Of a DNA stretch of 64,000 nucleotides, positions 38,767 to 48,144 are shown piece after piece. The translations under genes were made by a program, and so were the position numbers. The stretch lies in contig OZ242311.1 in NCBI GenBank assembly GCA_965207885.1, positions 1,440,001 through 1,504,000 of the forward strand, written 5' to 3'. Origin of the DNA: Candidatus Latescibacterota bacterium (GTDB taxonomy: Bacteria; Latescibacterota; UBA2968). How positions within the stretch are numbered: position 1 is the stretch's first letter; every line of letters starts with the position of its first letter. The notes beneath the pieces are model-generated. The model did no database searches. It was not told the origin of the DNA and worked only from the letters and a program-made list of their open reading frames with translations.

Positions 38767-39566
38767 TAAACCTCAAACACATACAGAACAATTAACCCAA
38801 CAATAATAACCAGTGCCCCGTAGTGGAATTTTTCTCTGGAATCAATACACCGCTGAATCCGCGGCAAATCGGGGCGAAATTTGCCCGACATCGTGCGCTG
38901 AATATAAGTCTTGTAATACTCCACAACAAAACGCTCCAACCCACCATTCATATACACCAGAAATCCCAACGATATGGGATACATGGGATCATTGAGAAAA
39001 TAGAACAGCGGCGAACAAACCGCCAGCACCAGGCCCGACCGCTGAAACTTCAAAATTTTAAACCCCTCAAACGGCGCGTCTTTATACGCCCCGCCAAGCG
39101 ACACCAGCAGACCCGTGACATAAGCAGTCAGGAGAAAGACCCAGAAACTCGTCACAGGCGCGGGAATCAACAACACGGCAAAAACGCCCAGCACCAGTAC
39201 CGTTCCCACAGCATAACGCAACAAATCACTCGCGACATACCGACCGAAAAACGTAATGCGCGAAGGCACAAAATACTTATCCTGATCTTCCGTGCGGAAA
39301 AACCCCTTGTAAAGCTCGGCCAAAAACCGTTCCAACCCCATAATCAGAAAAAAAATCTGAACCCATCCCAACGCGGAAAAACTCGCCTTAAAAATCGGGA
39401 CAAAATACAACACCGCAAAAATCACAACATGAAAATAAATACTCCGCGGAAAAGTTCTGGGCTTAAAATCCTCATAGGGCGAGTCCTTGAACGCCCCCCA
39501 CAAAGACGTATAAAGTCCAGATACAATACTCACACCCAGGCCAATATAGAAATTCATAGCGATCAT
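38766..39566 (-). CDS. Hypothetical membrane protein with internal duplication
   Basis: Two copies of SL.GA[FY]KD.P[YF]E.FK...F.RS and LERF..E.YK. Confidence 0.75.
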   Translation of the reverse strand: MIAMNFYIGLGVSIVSGLYTSLWGAFKDSPYEDFKPRTFPRSIYFHVVIFAVLYFVPIFKASFSALGWVQIFFLIMGLERFLAELYKGFFRTEDQDKYFVPSRITFFGRYVASDLLRYAVGTVLVLGVFAVLLIPAPVTSFWVFLLTAYVTGLLVSLGGAYKDAPFEGFKILKFQRSGLVLAVCSPLFYFLNDPMYPISLGFLVYMNGGLERFVVEYYKTYIQRTMSGKFRPDLPRIQRCIDSREKFHYGALVIIVGLIVLYVFEV

Positions 39567-39585
39567 TCCGATTCGAGTGACTTCT

Positions 39586-42003
39586 TTACTTTACCTTTTT
39601 CTCGCCGCGCCCCCCTTCGAGCACTTCCAAAATAGCGGGCAGCACCAGCACGGCAGCCACAAAACAGGTCAACAAACCAATCAACGCCAGACGCCCAATC
39701 GAATTGAGACCGGGATGCGTCGCCATCATCAATCCAAAAAAGCCCACCATCGTCGTCAGCATAGAAATGAACATCGCCCCACCTGTGCTCCTGATCACCA
39801 CCGGCATAGACCCGGGGCCCTCCTGCCTATATCGGTGATAGAGATGCACTCCATTGTCAATCCCCATGCCAATGATAGTGGGCAGCGCGACCATATTGTA
39901 GAAATTGAGCTTCAAATCCTGTAAATACAGCGAACCACACATCCACACAGTGCCACAGGCAAGGGGAAAAATCACCAGCAAAGCAGAGCGCAAACTGCGA
40001 AAATCAGTCAGTAAAATGAGAAACACGACAATCACCGTCAGCGAGATCGCACGCGGACTATCGCGCAGCATCAGGCGCAACATATCGGCAAAAATAATAT
40101 TGGAACTCGACGAATAAAACACCTTGCCCGACGCAGTCTGAATCTCGTGTGAATCTTCTGCAAATGCAATGGCATTTTTTCCATCGCGCAACTGCACACT
40201 CGGCAAAATTTGTGCGAAATACGCCTGACTGCCATCAATAGTCTCAAATTTTCTCAATAAATTTTCGGGCAAATCCTCAACAGAAAGCCTTTTGACATCC
40301 AACAACTCGCGCAGAGAATCGAGTTTTGCCTTTTGTGTGCCCTTGATCAACTTCGCGCCCTCGCCATCGGCCAGCACGCGAATTTCTCCAATAAGTTCCA
40401 ACTTCTCGTCCTGACCGCGCAACTCTGTCCAGAGCGTTTTGACCTTGTCAATCGTCGGCGTTGGATCATCTTCGGCTATCTTCTTTTCCAATGCATCCAC
40501 AATCTCATCGAGTTCCGTTTTGCTATCCGCCAGCACAATGCCATAAGACTGCGATTCACTGCCGTATTTCGGAATCGTCGTCATCTTCTGTTTCACCTTC
40601 ACAGATGCGGGCAAGTTGGAACGCAAATTGGTAAAATCGTATTCAAAATCGATATCCCGCAAATGAATGCCCAGATATATCGTGAGGAGCAACGCGCCGG
40701 CAATCACCAACTTCGGATATGGGAAATGCCCCCGGCTGTCGCCCCAATTGTGTCCCCACACATGCCGCATGCGAATCCACATGAACCTTTGATCCGCCAG
40801 CACCAGCACAGCGGGCAATACAGTCGTCATAGAGACCAGCGACATGACAATGCCCGTGCCCACAATAAAACCAAACTCGGAAAAGCCCCTGAAATCTGTC
40901 AACGTCAGAGAAAAGAACGCAATAGATGTGGTAATCGCCGCCGTCAAAATAGCCTGTCCAGTCTGACTCAACATCGTCTCTATGGACTTCTGCACATCCG
41001 TCTTGTCCATGCGAACTTCGAGATATCGCGCAAACATGTGAATACCAAAATCGATCCCCAGCCCAAACAAAATCACAAATAGAAAAGCCGTCATGGTATT
41101 CAAATTGCCAATAACCCAATAAGTAATGGCAAACGCCCAGATCAGGCCCATCGCCAGCGGAATAGCCACAAAAAAAGCCGCCAATGGCTGGCGGAAATAA
41201 AACGTCAAAAGCGCGACAATACCCATGACACCAAATATCAACGTCGAGCGGACATCGCTTAAAATGGTATCGTATTCGTCAATTTTGTTCTTAAACGGTC
41301 CTCCGTATTCAATCAACATCTGCGGGTGATACGCTCGCGGATTCACCTTCTTGACCGCCTGCTGGATCACCCGCTGCATATCCTTGGCAAAACCGATATT
41401 ACTCACCGTACCTGCTGCCATTGCCTCCAATGCCAGGATGGTGCGGTCGGAATTGGTATAATACGTCTCGTCCCCATTATCTGCCGTGCGATACTTAGAC
41501 TCAATATCCGAAAAATCGAGCACGGCTTCTTCATCATCAAGCGAAATATACAACGGCGACAGCTTCAACTTTTCCTGGATGATATAATCATCTATGCGCG
41601 TTAGAACCTCATCCAAATCGTCCGTTTCCATAAACAACAGCGCGTTTTTGCGATAAAATTCCGCATCTCGCTTGTAATCGACAAAATTGATGTACGTCTC
41701 GTATTTCTCGTCCTGTAATTCGTGTGCCAGATCCTCGGCAAAACGCCTGTTTGCCTCAAAATCGGGACTCTGTACCAAAACCACCAAACTGCCCACACCG
41801 CCCACGCGCTGTTTGATCTCATTGAGCGTCTTCACACTCTGATAATTTTCCGGGATCAGGGCAACGAGATCCGTCTCGAGCTTCCGTCCAAGCCTGTACA
41901 CAAAAATACTGCAAAAAGCCGTCAACAAAATCGACACCACAAGAATACCTCTGTAGTGCCGATAAGTCCACCCCGCCAAAAAACGAAGCCCCACTTCAAC
42001 CAA
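39586..42003 (-). CDS. MMPL/HpnN-like RND lipid transporter
   Basis: Two TM clusters with GLGIDFGIH and GMGIDNGVH motifs. Confidence 0.9.
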   Translation of the reverse strand: MVEVGLRFLAGWTYRHYRGILVVSILLTAFCSIFVYRLGRKLETDLVALIPENYQSVKTLNEIKQRVGGVGSLVVLVQSPDFEANRRFAEDLAHELQDEKYETYINFVDYKRDAEFYRKNALLFMETDDLDEVLTRIDDYIIQEKLKLSPLYISLDDEEAVLDFSDIESKYRTADNGDETYYTNSDRTILALEAMAAGTVSNIGFAKDMQRVIQQAVKKVNPRAYHPQMLIEYGGPFKNKIDEYDTILSDVRSTLIFGVMGIVALLTFYFRQPLAAFFVAIPLAMGLIWAFAITYWVIGNLNTMTAFLFVILFGLGIDFGIHMFARYLEVRMDKTDVQKSIETMLSQTGQAILTAAITTSIAFFSLTLTDFRGFSEFGFIVGTGIVMSLVSMTTVLPAVLVLADQRFMWIRMRHVWGHNWGDSRGHFPYPKLVIAGALLLTIYLGIHLRDIDFEYDFTNLRSNLPASVKVKQKMTTIPKYGSESQSYGIVLADSKTELDEIVDALEKKIAEDDPTPTIDKVKTLWTELRGQDEKLELIGEIRVLADGEGAKLIKGTQKAKLDSLRELLDVKRLSVEDLPENLLRKFETIDGSQAYFAQILPSVQLRDGKNAIAFAEDSHEIQTASGKVFYSSSSNIIFADMLRLMLRDSPRAISLTVIVVFLILLTDFRSLRSALLVIFPLACGTVWMCGSLYLQDLKLNFYNMVALPTIIGMGIDNGVHLYHRYRQEGPGSMPVVIRSTGGAMFISMLTTMVGFFGLMMATHPGLNSIGRLALIGLLTCFVAAVLVLPAILEVLEGGRGEKKVK

Positions 42004-42017
42004 TGAGTGCCACCTTT

Positions 42018-42668
42018 CTAATCCGACGTATCTTCACTCAGTTTTTCTTTTAACTTATCCATCAAGCCTTCAAAAGAAGACCTGCGAATCTCCCGGCGAA
42101 ACTGCGACCGGTTGCTGCGCGCAACACTCAACTCATCGATCACCATATCGAAAATCAACCACTTGTCATCAACGAGATGCAATTTATAGTCAATCGTACT
42201 CGACTCGCGCCTGTAATACACCACCGTCTTGACAACAGCCTGTGTGCTATCAACCTCAACACCCGTATAATCGATCTTTTCCGCTTTCGTATATAACGCG
42301 GGATCGGCGTAATTTTTCTCGATCAACTGCCTGTTCACAACCACAAAATCAGCCCGCTCTTCTTCTGTTCGCGCTGTCCAATCTCGGCCGAGGGACTCCC
42401 GGCTAAATGTTTCAAAATCGAACAACTCACCGACAATAGCTTTAAGCGCAGCGCGCTCTTCAGCTGTATCGCCCCCAGTTTCTGAACGCACAATATCCTG
42501 AATCGCCCGATCGCGGCTCTTTACCATATCGAGCAACGCATCGCCCTGATCAGACGCGCCTGCCACACCCATCAAAACGAGCATCAAAAACGCAGGCATG
42601 AGCAATAAAATCATAACATATGGCCTATTAATATCAATAACTTGTTTGCAGACAGTATTTTCATCCAT
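42018..42668 (-). CDS. MlaC/Ttg2D (HpnM-like) periplasmic lipid-binding protein
   Basis: FDF...SR.SLG..W, IDYKL....W.IFD..ID..S......SQF; ORF-track start 42701 falls inside the IS end. Confidence 0.85.
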   Translation of the reverse strand: MDENTVCKQVIDINRPYVMILLLMPAFLMLVLMGVAGASDQGDALLDMVKSRDRAIQDIVRSETGGDTAEERAALKAIVGELFDFETFSRESLGRDWTARTEEERADFVVVNRQLIEKNYADPALYTKAEKIDYTGVEVDSTQAVVKTVVYYRRESSTIDYKLHLVDDKWLIFDMVIDELSVARSNRSQFRREIRRSSFEGLMDKLKEKLSEDTSD

Positions 42669-42691
42669 TTTAATATTTTTTTCTCCCAAAG

Positions 42692-43889
42692 CATAGTACA
42701 CGACAAAAAATAAAAGACCTGTGAAAAAAGCTAAAAAGAGTTAGGTTTGAATGTCCCAAGACAAACCTTTCTCATCTTAACAAGGCACAGGTCTATGTCT
42801 CCTGAAACTATTGAACTTCAAACGATTATGCAAGGATATTTTCACTGGCATAAAGCCCGAATAACGTTTACCGCTGCGTTCATATTGTCGCTGATAAAAT
42901 TGCGTAGCGTCAATTTTATGAAACTGGCAAACGCACTCAATGGAACCGTCAAGCAGAAATCTAATTATCGTCGTATCCAACGCTTCTTTGCCCACTTTGC
43001 CTTACCCTATGCGTGTGTGAGACAATTGATCTTGCACTTATTACCTATAAAGTCGGATTTTATAGTCTCAATAGATCGCACCAATTGGAAGTTGGGAAAA
43101 TTCAATATCAACATCCTAACCGCAGGCATTATCTATGAAGGGGTCGCCTTTCCTATCTGTTGGCACTTGTTAAAAAAACGGGGCAATTCCAATAGTGATG
43201 AGCGTATCCATTTGATGCAAGAAATGCTCAACTGCATCTGCAAATCGCATATCCGCGTTGTCGTCGCAGACAGAGAATTTATTGGAAGAGAATGGTTTAG
43301 GTGGTTAGACACACAAAATATACCCTTTGTTATTCGCATCAAGGAAAACGCTCTTGTCTCATCAGGCGGTAGAGAGATCCCCATAAGAAAACGGTTTGAA
43401 AATCTTAATATCCATCAGCAGGTCAACTTGTGCAAACGCCACCGCGTTTATGACCTGCCTGTATATCTGTCTGCACTAAGATTGAAGGACCAATACCTCA
43501 TTCTTGCCAGCAACCAAAAAGGTCAAGCCGCATTGGATACCTATAAAAAACGATGGGGCATTGAAGTCCTTTTTGCCAATCTTAAAAGTCGAGGATTTAA
43601 TCTGGAAGAGACCCATCTTATACATCAAGACCGCATTGAGAAACTCATCGCGCTTTTGGCCATTGCCTGCATCTGGGCGCATATCATCGGCGAATGGATA
43701 GCAAAAACAAATCCTTTGACGATCAAAAATCACGGGCGGATGGAGAAAAGTCTCTTCCGATATGGGTTGGACTATTTGCAGTATGTCCTGCTCAATATAA
43801 ACCAACAAACCCAACAGTTCCTCATATGCATTCGTTTACTGAGTAATCCGCCACTGTTTAAAACAATTTAAGTTTTGTCGTGTACCATG
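42692..43889 (+). mobile_element. IS4 family element (ISAba1-like), copy 2
   Basis: TIRs CATAGTACACGACAAAA / TTTTGTCGTGTACCATG; 9-bp duplication CTCCCAAAG (42683-42691, 43890-43898). Confidence 0.94.
42747..43871 (+). CDS. IS4 family DDE transposase
   Basis: Same motifs as copy 1; diverged isoform. Confidence 0.95.
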   Translation: MNVPRQTFLILTRHRSMSPETIELQTIMQGYFHWHKARITFTAAFILSLIKLRSVNFMKLANALNGTVKQKSNYRRIQRFFAHFALPYACVRQLILHLLPIKSDFIVSIDRTNWKLGKFNINILTAGIIYEGVAFPICWHLLKKRGNSNSDERIHLMQEMLNCICKSHIRVVVADREFIGREWFRWLDTQNIPFVIRIKENALVSSGGREIPIRKRFENLNIHQQVNLCKRHRVYDLPVYLSALRLKDQYLILASNQKGQAALDTYKKRWGIEVLFANLKSRGFNLEETHLIHQDRIEKLIALLAIACIWAHIIGEWIAKTNPLTIKNHGRMEKSLFRYGLDYLQYVLLNINQQTQQFLICIRLLSNPPLFKTI

Positions 43890-44014
43890 CTCCCAAAGTC
43901 AAGACAACGACAACCTGTCTCAAAAAAAGAGAACAAGAGTATTAACAAAAATAAGAACGCCCTATTTTGCAACAAAATTCTCTAATGATCTTGCAAAAAA
44001 TACCGCGTACAAAC

Positions 44015-44054
44015 AAACTTCTGTTGAAGTTATACACCCCCCCAACAGAAGTTT
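44015..44054. repeat. 12-bp inverted repeat with 16-nt loop (possible terminator or stabilising hairpin)
   Basis: AAACTTCTGTTG ... CAACAGAAGTTT just 3' of the IPCT/DIPPS gene. Confidence 0.55.
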
Positions 44055-44082
44055 ATCTCAATTCAAACAGGATTTGCATCAA

Positions 44083-45537
44083 TCAATCCGCTTTCTCTCC
44101 CAGCTTCGCCTCATCCACATTCAAAGCACCACGCGCGCGCAACATCTGTCCGCCAAAGCCAAAAATACCCGCCGTCAACAGCGCCGAACCAATCACGAGA
44201 AACCAGTACATACCCGCAATACTATTGGCGACAGCCAGTGTGCAAAAAAAGGCGGCAAAAAAATCGCGGCGACTCACAAATTTGATCGACATACAAAAAC
44301 GGTGAAACCACCCGCGTTCATTCTCGGGCACATCGCTCGAAAACGCCATATTAAAACTCACAATACTGCCGGACCCCACCAATTTCATATACAGAAAAAT
44401 CAGCAATACACCCAACGCATCGAGAAAAACCATCACACCGCCCAGCAGGGGATAAAATGCCTCACCCGTATATGCGTACATCCCGGCGAGAACCGCCATA
44501 AAAAACACGAGATAGGACATATTATCCGCCAGCGTATCGACCCACTCGCCCAGGCGAGAACCCATAAATTTTAATTTGGCAATCTCGCCATCGCACCCAT
44601 CTACAATAGACGCAAACTGAAACAACAGCCCGCCCAGAGCCAGATGCAAATAACTCGTACTCCCCTTAAAAACCAGCCAGGCCGATAGAAAACTCAACAA
44701 CATCGTCGCAATCGACAACTGGTTTGGCGTAACAGGTGTATGCACGAGCAGGCGAGAAATGCGCGTGGAAATTTTGCGATTGAAATAGCGCGAAACAAAA
44801 CCATCGCTCGGCTTGCCGAGCCTGCGAAACAGCTCCTGCTCGGCGTGGACATGCGCCTCGGGCGTATCCACATCGAGCCAAAACGCGCCATCGATATCCG
44901 CAGTGCGCATACTGCCTCTCTCAGCCAAAACGCGAATCCCTCCCGACAATGACCCCTCGCCCTCTGCAATAGACTGCTCGAGCGCGCCAAACAAAAAAGG
45001 ACTGCACAGAAAAATTCCCGTATCCACCGCATTGAAATCGGCCAACTCTTTTCCAATTTTGACCACGCGATGATTCTGCGTCATCACCTTCGTGGCATCT
45101 TCCATATCAAAAATACCATCGAGACCTGTATCGACACACAGCACAGCTTCATCCCGACCAACCGGCATACGACGCAATTTGACCAGTATCTCGGGATCAA
45201 ACAGATGATCGGACATCAAAAGAATAAACGACTCATCGACATATTCCCTGGCACTCAATACCGACACCCCATTGCCGCGCGCCCATTCCTTATTTTGAAC
45301 CCAGTTAATCGCCACATCCGAAAGCTGCGGATCATCGGCAAGGGCGTGCATAATCTCCTGGCACCGATACCCAACCACAACCACAAACTCCGAAATGCCC
45401 GCGCGCATAGCCGACAAAATCGTGCGCTTGAGCAATGGCACGCCAGCCAGAGGCACGAGAGGCTTGGGCAAATCCGCCCCATAACCTCTCAACCGACTGC
45501 CCATACCGGCGGCAATAATTACAGCTTTATTCACCAT
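44083..45537 (-). CDS. Bifunctional NTP-transferase / CDP-alcohol phosphatidyltransferase (IPCT/DIPPS-like)
   Basis: IIAAGMGSRL..PKPL, MSDH, WLDVDT; TPNQ and DGCDGEIAK......LGEWVDTLAD signature. Confidence 0.9.
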   Translation of the reverse strand: MVNKAVIIAAGMGSRLRGYGADLPKPLVPLAGVPLLKRTILSAMRAGISEFVVVVGYRCQEIMHALADDPQLSDVAINWVQNKEWARGNGVSVLSAREYVDESFILLMSDHLFDPEILVKLRRMPVGRDEAVLCVDTGLDGIFDMEDATKVMTQNHRVVKIGKELADFNAVDTGIFLCSPFLFGALEQSIAEGEGSLSGGIRVLAERGSMRTADIDGAFWLDVDTPEAHVHAEQELFRRLGKPSDGFVSRYFNRKISTRISRLLVHTPVTPNQLSIATMLLSFLSAWLVFKGSTSYLHLALGGLLFQFASIVDGCDGEIAKLKFMGSRLGEWVDTLADNMSYLVFFMAVLAGMYAYTGEAFYPLLGGVMVFLDALGVLLIFLYMKLVGSGSIVSFNMAFSSDVPENERGWFHRFCMSIKFVSRRDFFAAFFCTLAVANSIAGMYWFLVIGSALLTAGIFGFGGQMLRARGALNVDEAKLGEKAD

Positions 45538-45571
45538 AACTTCTACAACCTTTCTCAATATCCCAAGCAAT

Positions 45572-46888
45572 TTACAAAAGACTGCGTCCAACAGCCCGTT
45601 GTAATCGCGCCCAGGACCGGTTAAAATTGAACACTGCTTCGTAATATTTGGCGCGAATAACACCGTACTCTTTTGCAGCATCGATCATATCCGATGCATC
45701 TTCAAGCCCGGCATTAAACCCATCGCGAACCGATATAAACCACCGGCGGGTCGCCCGCCGCGCCGTGCTGGCAGCCGCCATATTTTTCTGTGCCTCGATC
45801 AACTCGCGGTAAATCTTCTCAATTTCAATTGCCACGCCTTTCTCGGCCAGTTGTTTTTGATACAACAACTTCTGATATTCCAAACTCGCTTTCCGCGCCT
45901 TCGCCGACGTAAGCCCAAATGACAGCGACTGCCGAACACCTATCACCGCCCCTGCCTGCAAAATATTGAAATCATCTCTGGCAAAAGGACTTGTCTGATC
46001 GTCGCGGTTTGGTGCGTAACCATACTTAAATTGACCCGCAATAAATATCTGGGGATACTGCTCGCCTTTTGCCACCTGCATTAGAGATTCACGCACCTGT
46101 ACGACAGCCTGTAACTGCTGCATATCCTCGCGCGCTCCCGCGCGGTTGAGATAAAACTCAAGCGGCTCAATCTCCACATCAACCGGTGTTAAAGGACCCG
46201 CAAGAGCCAGTGAATCCCCTTCACTCAACCCCAGAAGCAGGCGCAGGGCAGACTCGGCAAGCGCTTTTGTTTTCGCCGCCTCGTGTACTTTTTCGCGCAC
46301 ATCAAAGGCAAACCGATCAATGCGATTCAGATCGGCATACGTAAAATCGCCTTCCTCTGCCTCCAGCTTCTCCGACACAAAATCGCGCGCCGTTTGAAAG
46401 TCACTTTGTGCCTCCAATGCCAGTGCCCACAAATCCTGCGTCAGTTGCAACCCAAAATACACCTCGGCAACCTGAAGCTCCAGATCGCCCCGCGCTTTTC
46501 GCAGCCCCGCCTGCTGAGCCGTCATCCCTGCCATAGCCGCTGCTTTGGCTCCGGATAAATAACCGAATGTAAACAGAGGTTGCACAACCGTGGCCTCTGT
46601 ACGCGTAAAAATACTCAAATGACTCAGCATGGTATTGCCAGTGAGCGCGTCACCGCGCGCCTCGGGCGAAGGACCAATAACAGACCGCAGTTCAAACTGC
46701 GGCAAAAAGCGGATGGCATTTGCTTGATCTAATTGCGCCCGCGCAATATCGACATCAACCGCTGCTGCACGCACGCCGGGATGCACACGCATCGCCTGTG
46801 CAATACTCGCGGACAAATCATACGTTTCGGCGCGAAGAGAATGCACACAGAGAAAAATCCCAAAAAAGGACACACACAGCCTGAACAT
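45572..46888 (-). CDS. TolC-family outer membrane protein
   Basis: Signal peptide, QPLFTFG, long amphipathic helices, two OEP repeats; start uncertain. Confidence 0.82.
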   Translation of the reverse strand: MFRLCVSFFGIFLCVHSLRAETYDLSASIAQAMRVHPGVRAAAVDVDIARAQLDQANAIRFLPQFELRSVIGPSPEARGDALTGNTMLSHLSIFTRTEATVVQPLFTFGYLSGAKAAAMAGMTAQQAGLRKARGDLELQVAEVYFGLQLTQDLWALALEAQSDFQTARDFVSEKLEAEEGDFTYADLNRIDRFAFDVREKVHEAAKTKALAESALRLLLGLSEGDSLALAGPLTPVDVEIEPLEFYLNRAGAREDMQQLQAVVQVRESLMQVAKGEQYPQIFIAGQFKYGYAPNRDDQTSPFARDDFNILQAGAVIGVRQSLSFGLTSAKARKASLEYQKLLYQKQLAEKGVAIEIEKIYRELIEAQKNMAAASTARRATRRWFISVRDGFNAGLEDASDMIDAAKEYGVIRAKYYEAVFNFNRSWARLQRAVGRSLL

Positions 46889-47066
46889 GTGTGAAAAAAA
46901 ACCACACCTGTTGCAATTGAACAACACAACCCCCTGGACTCCGGCGAAAAACTTCAGAAACATAAAAATCTATATCTATATTAAACAAATAGTTAAAAAA
47001 AGACCATGCAAACAGGCACAAAATATCTCTCTATATAAGCGAAATCCGTGCCACCGTTAAATATAC

Positions 47067-47089
47067 AAAAAAACCGGACAAAAGTCCGG
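47067..47089 (-). terminator. Intrinsic terminator (minus strand)
   Basis: CCGGAC-tttt-GTCCGG followed by TTTTTTT. Confidence 0.6.
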
Positions 47090-47130
47090 GTTAGCTATAC
47101 TAACGTTTTCATCCGCAAGAAGTTCCCCTC
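47083..47130. repeat. 48-bp direct repeat, left copy
   Basis: 46/48 identical to 53135-53182. Confidence 0.93.
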
Positions 47131-47211
47131 CTGTGCGGCGGTGTGGAAGATCTCCGGAAACCTCAGGTCGTAGCAGATCCCCACACCGAAGGTCCAGCCT
47201 TGCGGAATCAA
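47131..47211 (-). pseudogene. Internal fragment of a carbon-nitrogen hydrolase (nitrilase family) gene
   Basis: Reads LIPQGWTFGVGICYDLRFPEIFHTAAQ; ICYDLRFPE is the catalytic Cys motif. Confidence 0.8.
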
Positions 47212-47275
47212 TCAGTTATAAAGGTTTCGAACTGTTGACAGAGTTGGTCGTAATGAGATGGCGTATCTGTCTTGG

Positions 47276-48142
47276 TCAGGGCCCTATATCTTCCACGATT
47301 TGCAGTTCGGCAGTATCCACTTCGCTGGCTCCGAAATATCCCAATGCATATCGCTGGGGATTGGTCAGATTCTCTATGTTGCCCCTAATTAACGCCGCAG
47401 GCGTAGGGAAGAGGGGATCTTGCCCTGTCTGCTCGAAGAGCTGGAAGTAATATTCAAAGGCCTCTTTCGATAAGGAGAGCTGTCTCACGAGAACCAACTG
47501 ATCCGATTTTACCGTGGCTTCTTGGTTGGGTTCGAAACCGATGACTTTCTCTCCGTCAAAAAACTCATCCGATCCGACAAAGTTGAGCGAATTACCAGGA
47601 TCGGGCTCTGCCTGCAGTACGCCGTCCGCGAATTGCTCCCACAAATAGTAATCTTCGCGACCCGGGACGTCTTGATAGTCGATCTTTACTCGAATGCCTC
47701 CGTCCTCGAACGAATTGGCCTTCTCAAATTGCTGGTAGATCGAGTCGATGGGCGAGACGGGAAGTAGTATTTCGACTGCTCGATAGGATTCGCCGTTAAG
47801 GTCAATTTCAAGGGTGTAGGTCCTGCCAACTTCTGGCCGCATGTCCCTGTTTTCGTACATGCCGGCTTGGCGCGAGGACTCAGCGAAGAGGTAGGTGGTG
47901 CCCTCATCGTCGCGTACGATCACCTCTGCTCCGCTGACCACAGGTGTGGATTCATTGCTGAAATAGGGGGCTGTGGTAGACAATCTGATTGACTGCGCGA
48001 CTTCGCGATCATCTTGGTAGCGCTCGATGCGACCTTCAACGACGAGTCGTTCTGGTCCTTCTTCTACATCGATATTGACGACTCTCTCACATCCCATGAG
48101 CACGGGAACTGACAGCCAGACGGCGATTAGTATGTTTTTCAT
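47276..48142 (-). CDS. DUF4249-like lipoprotein
   Basis: Lipobox LMGC, CE.V..ID, LVVEG, C-terminal GNI......ALGYF; next to a TonB receptor. Confidence 0.82.
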   Translation of the reverse strand: MKNILIAVWLSVPVLMGCERVVNIDVEEGPERLVVEGRIERYQDDREVAQSIRLSTTAPYFSNESTPVVSGAEVIVRDDEGTTYLFAESSRQAGMYENRDMRPEVGRTYTLEIDLNGESYRAVEILLPVSPIDSIYQQFEKANSFEDGGIRVKIDYQDVPGREDYYLWEQFADGVLQAEPDPGNSLNFVGSDEFFDGEKVIGFEPNQEATVKSDQLVLVRQLSLSKEAFEYYFQLFEQTGQDPLFPTPAALIRGNIENLTNPQRYALGYFGASEVDTAELQIVEDIGP

Positions 48143-48144
48143 AT

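Noticed and set aside
47083-47130. 48-bp repeat as tRNA 3' end, attB or dif site
   Set aside because: No T-arm/CCA or Xer arms recognisable and no integrase nearby
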